Shown: piece after piece, positions 57,230-64,000 of the stretch
How the letters are laid out: the number at the start of each line of letters is the position of its first letter
Numbering within the stretch: the stretch's first letter is position 1
Source of the DNA: a virus
DNA length: 64,000 bases
Virus record (IMG/VR): IMGVR_UViG_3300037502_003029
Span: 1,052 to 65,051 of that record
Reading direction: 5' to 3' (one strand)
Notes under the pieces: generated by a model
Databases searched by the model: none
Seen by the model: only the letters and a program-made list of their open reading frames with translations
Told to the model about the DNA's origin: nothing
Position numbers and translations under genes: made by a program

Positions 57230-58030
57230 ATGGAACATAAAGGATTAAGATATAATAAAGGTAAACTAAGATATGATTTAGTTCATCCTGATGCTCATCA
57301 AGAAATGGTTAAAGTATTAACTATGGGAGCAGAAAAATATGCAGAACGCAATTGGGAAAAAGGTATGAAGTGGAGTAATATAATTGCTTCACTTAAACGT
57401 CATATTGCAGCTATTGAGATGGGTGAAGATTATGATGCAGAATCTGGGTTATTGCATGCTGCTCATGTGGCGTGTAATGCTCATTTTCTTACTGCGTATT
57501 ATAAAATATACCCACAAGGTGATGATAGACCTCATTCATATTTAAACTCTTTAAAAATAGGATTAGACATAGATGGTGTACTTGCTGATTTTGACTTACA
57601 TTTATGTAATACTGTAGGTATAGATTTGCATAATATTACACATTGGAATGATCCTATTATTAAAAAACATTATGAAGCAATAAAACATGATGAAAACTTT
57701 TGGTTAACTATGCCTACGCTTATTAAACCAGAAGATATTCCTTTTGAACCTCACGTTTATATAACTAGTAGAAGTATAGATAGTAAGATAACAAAAAAAT
57801 GGTTACATGATAATGGATTTCCTGATGCTCCTGTGCATAGTATAGGTACTAATGAATCTAAGGTAGATACTGCTATAAAATCAAATATTGATATATTTAT
57901 AGATGATAAATGGCAGAATTTTATAGAATTAAATGCATCAGGTATATGTACATTTTTAATGGATGCTCCTCATAATAGAAAATATAACGTAGGTTATAAA
58001 AGAATTTTTAATTTTGATAATTTTAAATAA
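57230..58030 (+). CDS. Fusion: N-terminal dATP/dGTP-pyrophosphohydrolase-like domain + C-terminal HAD 5'(3')-deoxyribonucleotidase
   Basis: GAEKYAERNW...DAESGLLHAAHVACNAHFL N-domain; LDIDGVLADFD (DxDGVLxDF) HAD motif I and IFIDD C-terminal motif. Confidence 0.5.
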   Translation: MEHKGLRYNKGKLRYDLVHPDAHQEMVKVLTMGAEKYAERNWEKGMKWSNIIASLKRHIAAIEMGEDYDAESGLLHAAHVACNAHFLTAYYKIYPQGDDRPHSYLNSLKIGLDIDGVLADFDLHLCNTVGIDLHNITHWNDPIIKKHYEAIKHDENFWLTMPTLIKPEDIPFEPHVYITSRSIDSKITKKWLHDNGFPDAPVHSIGTNESKVDTAIKSNIDIFIDDKWQNFIELNASGICTFLMDAPHNRKYNVGYKRIFNFDNFK

Positions 58031-58033
58031 GAT

Positions 58034-59140
58034 ATGATTAAAGCAGAAGTAGTAGCTGATAGTTTATCACCACAAGGTGATAGACTTATTAGCTTATTGG
58101 TTACATTCCCTAGAATTATTCTTGCTGAAGTTAATACACATCGTATGCTTTCTAAGAATACATCTAGTAGTAGAGCTATACCATTTAATAAAATGGTAGA
58201 ATCTGTGCAAAATGATCCTTTTATACCTATTGCTTGGCAAAAAGAACATAAAGGAATGCAAGGTAGTGAGTATATTAATGATGAAAACGATATTTGGTTA
58301 GCAAAAGCCAATTGGTTAAGAGCAAGAGATTATGCTATTGATTATGCTAAACATAATAATGAGCAGGTTGGAGTAACCAAACAACTATGCAATAGACTTC
58401 TTGAACCTTTTATGTGGACTACTATGTTAATTACAGGTAGTAGAGAAGGTTGGGATAATTTTTTTAAATTAAGATGTCCTCAATATCATTTTCCAGTAGA
58501 TACACATTTTCGCTATAAAAGTAAAAAAGACTGTATTGCTGCTCATAGTAACCCTATTAATTTAGAAATATTTGAAAAGTTTTCAACAGTAGATTGGTTA
58601 AAAATTAATGAAGGTCAAGCCGAAATTCACATGATGGCTTTAGCTGAATCTATTTGGGATTCAGTTAATGAAAGTAAACCCAAACAATTACAAACTGGTG
58701 AATGGCATATACCTTTTGAGAATAAGATAAATTTACAAGATTGGTATAATAATAATAAAAGACCTACAGTAGCTTTTTGGAATGAGTTAGAAGGGTATGA
58801 AATGGATAAATATAAAGTTAAAGTATCTACAGCTATGGCTGCTCATACTTCTTATACAGTAGTAAGTAATGAAGCTGTTAAAGATTATTCTAGATGGGTA
58901 GAGTTACATGACAAATTAATAGCTTATGATCCACCTCATAGTAGTCCACTAGAACATTGCGCTAAGGTTATGGGTTATAATGAATATTATGATTATTTAA
59001 AAACTAATGGTGAAGTAATTGATTATACTCTTGATGGAGATAATATATATTCAGAGAGAAGTTTTGGTTGGTGTGGACCTTATAAAGGATTTATGTCTTA
59101 TAGATATTTTATTGATAATAAAATAAATGCTTTTAATTAA
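58034..59140 (+). CDS. thyX: Flavin-dependent thymidylate synthase (ThyX-like), unusually long at 368 aa
   Basis: ThyX signature NTHRMLSKNTSSSRA (RHR...S...S.R). Confidence 0.5.
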   Translation: MIKAEVVADSLSPQGDRLISLLVTFPRIILAEVNTHRMLSKNTSSSRAIPFNKMVESVQNDPFIPIAWQKEHKGMQGSEYINDENDIWLAKANWLRARDYAIDYAKHNNEQVGVTKQLCNRLLEPFMWTTMLITGSREGWDNFFKLRCPQYHFPVDTHFRYKSKKDCIAAHSNPINLEIFEKFSTVDWLKINEGQAEIHMMALAESIWDSVNESKPKQLQTGEWHIPFENKINLQDWYNNNKRPTVAFWNELEGYEMDKYKVKVSTAMAAHTSYTVVSNEAVKDYSRWVELHDKLIAYDPPHSSPLEHCAKVMGYNEYYDYLKTNGEVIDYTLDGDNIYSERSFGWCGPYKGFMSYRYFIDNKINAFN

Positions 59141-59146
59141 TAAAGT

Positions 59147-60205
59147 ATGAATCTTAATCAACTTAAAAAAAGTGGATGGATAATTCATGAATGCATAGTA
59201 GGTTCACATTTATATAACACTAACAAAGAAGGTAGTGATGTTGATGTAAAAGGTGTTTATATACAACCTACAAAAGAAATATTAAAAGGTAATTATATTG
59301 AACAAATAAGCGATGATAAACAAGATCATACTTATTATGAAATTGGTAGATTTATAGAGTTATTATGTAAAGCTAACCCTAATATGTTAGATATTATAGG
59401 AAGCGATCAGATACTTTATACTACAAATTTATGGAAACAATATTTTTCTAATCCTCAAGAATATATAACAAAAAAAATAAAACATACTTTTAATGGATAT
59501 GCACATAGTCAGATTCAAAAAGCTAAAGGTATGAATAAAAAAACTAATTGGGAAAAATCCAGAATGGAACGTAAAACACCATTAGATTTTTGTTATATAC
59601 TTTTAAATAATGAAAGTTCTATTAAAATTAAAGATTTTTTTGAAATACCAGAAAACGAATTTAATAAATTTAGACATTGGGGGTTAGCGTCTATAAATAA
59701 TTTTCCTGATTGTTATGCTATGTATTATTTTAAAGAAGGAAACGCAGGAATATGTAATAAAGAGTCTAATGATATTTGTTTAACATCTATACCTAAAAAC
59801 TATAATAGAAAGTATATATTACGTTTTGATCGGAATGCTTATTCTACTCATTGTAAAGATTATAGAGAATATCAAGAATGGTTAGAAAAACGTAATCCTC
59901 TTAGATATCAAGATAATGCTAAAGTAGATGATGAATATGATACAAAAAATATGATGCATTGTGTTAGATTATTGCTTACATGTAAAGATTTACTTTTAGG
60001 TAAAGGTTTACTATTAAAGCGACCTGAAAGAGATTTATTATTAAGTATTAGAAATGGTGAAGTTTCATATAATAGCATCATAGAGTTATCTGAATCATTA
60101 AAATTAGAAGTTGAAAGTTTATATGAAACTTCTAAATTACCAAGAGAAGTAAATATTAATATGGTTAAAGAGTTATTATTAAAAATCAGATTAAATCATT
60201 TATGA
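59147..60205 (+). CDS. Pol-beta superfamily nucleotidyltransferase domain protein
   Basis: VGSHLYNTNKEGSDVDVKGV matches hG[GS]x(9-13)DxD. Confidence 0.45.
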   Translation: MNLNQLKKSGWIIHECIVGSHLYNTNKEGSDVDVKGVYIQPTKEILKGNYIEQISDDKQDHTYYEIGRFIELLCKANPNMLDIIGSDQILYTTNLWKQYFSNPQEYITKKIKHTFNGYAHSQIQKAKGMNKKTNWEKSRMERKTPLDFCYILLNNESSIKIKDFFEIPENEFNKFRHWGLASINNFPDCYAMYYFKEGNAGICNKESNDICLTSIPKNYNRKYILRFDRNAYSTHCKDYREYQEWLEKRNPLRYQDNAKVDDEYDTKNMMHCVRLLLTCKDLLLGKGLLLKRPERDLLLSIRNGEVSYNSIIELSESLKLEVESLYETSKLPREVNINMVKELLLKIRLNHL

Positions 60206-61509
60206 ATTTACAAATAGCGAAAGATAGCGAAAATTATGCAGGAATAGTTTGTAAAGTATCTAATATAATTCCTATAGAAGGTGCTGATAAAATACAACTT
60301 GCAATAGTAGAAGGTAATAGTGTAGTAGTTAGTAAATCTACTAAAGTAGGAGATTTAGGTCTTTTCTTTTGTTCTGGAACGCAGTTATCTGAAGATTATT
60401 GTAAACTTAACAATTTATATGATGATCCTAATAAAAATTTAGATACTTCTGAAAAAGGTTATATATCTTCAAGACAAAGAAGAGTAAAAGCTATAAAACT
60501 CAGAGGAGTTATATCTAATGGTATGTTTATGCCTATTCATTCTTTGGATTATATATCTGAAGATGTATTTAATTTAAAAGAAGGTCAGTCATTTACCTCT
60601 ATAAATGGGTTAGAAGTATGTAGAAAGTTTATAGTTGTAGAACAAAAAGGTCCTGCTAATACACTAGCAAAACCTAAAAGTCCTAAGTTTAATAGATTAA
60701 TTGATAACCAATTTATTCTTCATAATAATACATCTAATTTAAGACATAATATTAAAAATATCGAACCAGAGGATATTATAGGAATTCATTACAAAAAGCA
60801 TGGTACAAGTGCTGTTTTTGCTAATATTCCTACGTTACGAAAATTAAGTTGGTGGGAAAGATTTTTAATGAAAATAGGTATTAAAATTAACACAACTGTA
60901 TATGATATAATATACTCTTCTAGAACTGTAATTAAAAATAAAAATATTAATTTAGAAAGCGGAGAAGGGTATTATGGAGAAGATATATGGAAAGTTGTTA
61001 AAAATGAGATATCTCATTTAATACCTAAAAATTGGACTTTATATGGTGAGATTATAGGATTTATGCCTTCAGGTCAATCTATACAAAAAAAGTATGATTA
61101 TGGTTGCAAATTAGGAGAACATAAATTTTATGTATATAAAATATCAGTAAATAATCCTGACGGTAAAGTAATTTATCTAACAGATTTACAAATAAAAGAA
61201 TTTTGTGATTCTGTTGGTTTATTATATTCTGATACTTTTATGTACTATGGTAAAGCTAAAGATCTATTTCCTATTCGTAAAAATGGTAATATAAAAACTT
61301 GGAGACAAAACTTTTTAGAGTTTTTAGAAAAAACTTATAACGATAAAGATTGTTATATGTGTATTAATAAAGTACCAGAAGAAGGAATAGTGTTGCGTAA
61401 AGAGTCTTTATTTAGTTATGAAGCTTATAAATTAAAAAGTAAAGGGTTTATATTACAAGAATCTAAACAACAAGAAGATAATGAGTACAACATCGAAGAT
61501 GAAGCTTAG
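60202..61509 (+). CDS. ATP-dependent RNA ligase (Rnl2/Rnl5-like nucleotidyltransferase domain preceded by an N-terminal domain)
   Basis: Motif I KKHGTS (KxHGT[NS]) at about aa 199; Rnl-like downstream motifs. Confidence 0.5.
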   Translation: MNLQIAKDSENYAGIVCKVSNIIPIEGADKIQLAIVEGNSVVVSKSTKVGDLGLFFCSGTQLSEDYCKLNNLYDDPNKNLDTSEKGYISSRQRRVKAIKLRGVISNGMFMPIHSLDYISEDVFNLKEGQSFTSINGLEVCRKFIVVEQKGPANTLAKPKSPKFNRLIDNQFILHNNTSNLRHNIKNIEPEDIIGIHYKKHGTSAVFANIPTLRKLSWWERFLMKIGIKINTTVYDIIYSSRTVIKNKNINLESGEGYYGEDIWKVVKNEISHLIPKNWTLYGEIIGFMPSGQSIQKKYDYGCKLGEHKFYVYKISVNNPDGKVIYLTDLQIKEFCDSVGLLYSDTFMYYGKAKDLFPIRKNGNIKTWRQNFLEFLEKTYNDKDCYMCINKVPEEGIVLRKESLFSYEAYKLKSKGFILQESKQQEDNEYNIEDEA

Positions 61510-61906
61510 AGTAGAATTTGCAGTTAATAAATATCAAATATTATGCAATAATACATATACTGGAGCTTTTTTTGTTAAAACAACTAATTGTAAAATAAAT
61601 ATTTTTCAAAATTTTAATTCTCTCATGTATTATATTAGGAAAGAAATTCCTGATATTACTAAGGAAGAGTTTAAAAAACTTTTTATAACCGTTTTAAAAG
61701 AATGTGATATAACAGTATTATTTGATATAACTAATGATGAGTTTGTTCCATACTTATTAGAAAATTTTGAATATTATTATGCAATGCAAATTCCAATAGG
61801 TTATGGAAAAAATCCTACAACAATGATATGTTTAAAAAATCAGCATAGTAGTAATAATAATTATCATAAATATTTATTAGACAAATCATTAGTAAATAAC
61901 TTATAG
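61481..61906 (+). CDS. Hypothetical protein
   Basis: ORF track. Confidence 0.35.
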   Translation: MSTTSKMKLRVEFAVNKYQILCNNTYTGAFFVKTTNCKINIFQNFNSLMYYIRKEIPDITKEEFKKLFITVLKECDITVLFDITNDEFVPYLLENFEYYYAMQIPIGYGKNPTTMICLKNQHSSNNNYHKYLLDKSLVNNL

Positions 61907-61930
61907 GAGGGGTTTTCCCTCCATTTTTTT
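61906..61930 (+). terminator. Terminator (GGAGGG-TTTT-CCCTCC then T7)
   Basis: Seen in sequence. Confidence 0.5.
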
Positions 61931-61941
61931 AATTTAAAAAC

Positions 61942-62460
61942 ATGAAACATATTATTATATGTGTAGGTATATCAGGAAGTGGTAAATCTACATGGAGTGA
62001 AAATTTTATGGCATTAAATCCTTCATTTTTAAGGATAAATAGAGATGATATACGAAGAGTATTAGTTAAAAATCTAGTAGGATATTACAATAGTAAGAGA
62101 GTAAGTTATGTAGAACCTATAGTTAATACTATTGAATATGATATGTTTTTAAGATTATCGGCTAAAGAAGCTGATATTATAATTGATAATACAAATCTTA
62201 CTAGAGATTATATTAAAAACTGGATAAAAATATCTGAATTTAATAATTACGACATTAAGTTTAAATTATTTGATTCTAAAGTAAAAGATGCTAAATGTAG
62301 AGTTTTAAACAGAGATTATAAAGAACTTGTTGAAGATTTAGATAGTCCTATGAGTATTAGACCTACTTTAGAAAACTTAGAATATATAGATAATCAATAT
62401 AATCAATATAAAGAAATTTCAAAATGGATTTTAGAAAACTTTAAAGATAAAGTTATATGA
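61942..62460 (+). CDS. Polynucleotide 5'-kinase (T4 Pnk kinase-domain-like P-loop kinase)
   Basis: MKHIIICVGISGSGKSTWSENF closely resembles the T4 Pnkp N-terminal P-loop. Confidence 0.55.
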   Translation: MKHIIICVGISGSGKSTWSENFMALNPSFLRINRDDIRRVLVKNLVGYYNSKRVSYVEPIVNTIEYDMFLRLSAKEADIIIDNTNLTRDYIKNWIKISEFNNYDIKFKLFDSKVKDAKCRVLNRDYKELVEDLDSPMSIRPTLENLEYIDNQYNQYKEISKWILENFKDKVI

Positions 62461-63164
62461 TTAAAAAAATTTGGTTAATTAGTGATACACATTGTAACCA
62501 CAAGCAGTTGCGTGTTCCAGAAGTTGATTTAGTTATTCACGCAGGTGATAGTACTAATAGTAAAGGTTTTATGAATTATGACCAAGCTAGCGATTTTTTT
62601 GAATGGTATCACAATTTACCAATAAAAGATAAATTATTAATCGCTGGAAATCATGATTATTCTTTATATAATAAAGTATTTAATCTTGTTCAATATTCTT
62701 TTAAATATTTAGAACAAGATATTTATAAATATTATAAAAATCAGATTTATGGAACACCATATACTCCTGAATTTAGTGATTGGTATTTTATGTTATCTAA
62801 AGAGAAAGAAGAAGCTCATGCTAAAAATATTCCACCATGTGATATTCTTATTACTCATGGTCCTCCTAAATTTATTTTAGATAGTGTTTATAGAGAAAAT
62901 ATATTTTACGAACATTGTGGTGATTTAAGCTTATATCATAGAGTTATTAAAATAAAACCAAAATTACATGTTTTTGGTCATATCCATTCTTCACATAATA
63001 ATAAATATCCTGAAAATAATGGAGTATTTTTTAACGGAGATACATGGTTCGTAAATGCAAGTTGCTGTGTAGATGGTAATATGACTAATATATATACTCA
63101 TGGTTTTATTTGTGAATATGATATAGAAACTAAAGAAGTACTTAAAATTTATAGAAATAAATGA
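62457..63164 (+). CDS. Calcineurin-like metallophosphoesterase (candidate RNA 2',3'-phosphatase)
   Basis: ISDTHCNH, AGDSTN, IAGNHDY, ITHGPP and HVFGHIH are MPE motifs. Confidence 0.55.
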   Translation: MIKKIWLISDTHCNHKQLRVPEVDLVIHAGDSTNSKGFMNYDQASDFFEWYHNLPIKDKLLIAGNHDYSLYNKVFNLVQYSFKYLEQDIYKYYKNQIYGTPYTPEFSDWYFMLSKEKEEAHAKNIPPCDILITHGPPKFILDSVYRENIFYEHCGDLSLYHRVIKIKPKLHVFGHIHSSHNNKYPENNGVFFNGDTWFVNASCCVDGNMTNIYTHGFICEYDIETKEVLKIYRNK

Positions 63165-63346
63165 TACGAGTATGTTTTATAGTTAATCATCAACTTATAG
63201 TAAAAGATGTTATAAGCGATACTTATGATGATCTTGTAAATTTTATGTTAAATTATGAGCAAGATATATTAGAGCAAATACCTGTAGCCACTAATATTAA
63301 ATTAGTTAGTGGTTACATTACTATAGGTGAATGTTAAATTAATTTT

Positions 63347-63814
63347 ATGAAAACAAAAATATATATTCTAACACCTAAATCTCCACCTTTAAAACTTGAA
63401 GGTAAATCTAAATCAATATTTTTAGCAGGTACTATAGATAATGGAGATAGTGAAGATTGGCAGTCTAAGTTTATAGATAAAATATTAGAAAAAGAACATG
63501 CTAGATCAGAACAACTAGTAATATTTAATCCAAGAAGAAATAATTGGAATAATAATGCTACAGAACAAGAACAACATGCTCAAATAGATTGGGAATTTAA
63601 AGCTTTACACAAAGCAGATTATATAATAATGAATTTATTACCAGATAGTAAATCCCCAATAAGTCTTTTAGAACTAGGATTATTTGCTGATAAAAAAAAG
63701 TTAATAATTATATGTCCTAAAGAATTTTATAGATATTATAATGTATATTATATAGCTAAAGCATATAACCTTCCAATATTTGAATCTATTGAGCAAGTAT
63801 ATGAATTTATATAA
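63347..63814 (+). CDS. Nucleoside 2-deoxyribosyltransferase-like protein
   Basis: SIFLAGTIDNGDSEDW and LLELGLFADKKK resemble NDT family motifs. Confidence 0.35.
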   Translation: MKTKIYILTPKSPPLKLEGKSKSIFLAGTIDNGDSEDWQSKFIDKILEKEHARSEQLVIFNPRRNNWNNNATEQEQHAQIDWEFKALHKADYIIMNLLPDSKSPISLLELGLFADKKKLIIICPKEFYRYYNVYYIAKAYNLPIFESIEQVYEFI

Positions 63815-63822
63815 TTAATTAT

Positions 63823-64000
63823 ATGTCAAGATCAATAAAAAAAACTCTAATAATAAAATCTGGTAGATGGTTAAAATCTACATGGTGGAAAATTATAAGA
63901 AAAAATTGGAAACAAGAATTAAAAATTAAAGGAGAAGATGCTGAATTTAAAAATCAATATGCTATAAATAATCAATGTAATCATTGTGATTATAAGTATA
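63823..64000 (+). CDS. Hypothetical protein, partial (runs off the window end)
   Basis: Manual translation MSRSIKKTLIIKSGRWLKSTWWKIIRKNWKQELKIKGEDAEFKNQYAINNQCNHCDYKY... with no stop to the edge. Confidence 0.35.
   Translation, partial: MSRSIKKTLIIKSGRWLKSTWWKIIRKNWKQELKIKGEDAEFKNQYAINNQCNHCDYKY

Overview
This 64 kb window reads as a contiguous piece of a large, AT-rich (roughly 28-30 % GC) tailed dsDNA phage genome. A Bacteroidetes-type -7 promoter box (TAnnTTTG) ahead of one gene suggests a Bacteroidetes/Flavobacteriia host. Bases 1-23,100 are a minus-strand morphogenesis block running terminase large subunit, portal, scaffold, capsid and Cys-rich/Ig-like virion proteins, followed by small accessory genes. 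Those include a phage-type Dam methyltransferase, a SET-domain-like protein, a vWA protein and a PD-(D/E)XK nuclease. Bases 23,100-25,000 are a divergent junction dense with direct repeats, C-tracts, terminators and four copies of a T8-10-ATTAACA box. From 25 kb everything is plus-strand. That block holds tRNA-Leu and tRNA-Gln and a compositionally distinct island of small ORFs. It also holds a 554-aa protein with a C-terminal vWA/MIDAS domain whose architecture matches Ro60/Rsr. Downstream of that gene sit two arrays (32,712-33,104 and 33,629-34,070) of nine 60-125 nt RNA-like units. Each unit is closed by a perfect 6-9 bp terminal helix; eight of the nine carry a conserved ACAGCAAAT(T)AA box directly after the 5' strand, and most are joined by (T)GATAAG. 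Several embed tRNA-like modules, and one has a circularly permuted tRNA layout. I read this as a candidate phage Ro60/Y-RNA-like (YrlA-like) ribonucleoprotein system with an unusually large Y-RNA-like array. This is the most novel signal. Downstream lie a family-B DNA polymerase split by a LAGLIDADG-encoding intervening sequence, six tandem membrane-protein paralogs, an SF2 helicase, a DnaB-like helicase, a GIY-YIG homing endonuclease and an ATP-grasp/amidoligase/GATase-II/GGCT ligation cassette. Nucleotide-pool enzymes follow (MazG, a dNTP-PPase-HAD fusion, ThyX, NDT-like), then an RNA-repair cassette (NTase, RNA ligase, Pnk kinase, metallophosphoesterase). All functional calls come from motifs read by eye in the translations, and none has been checked against a database.
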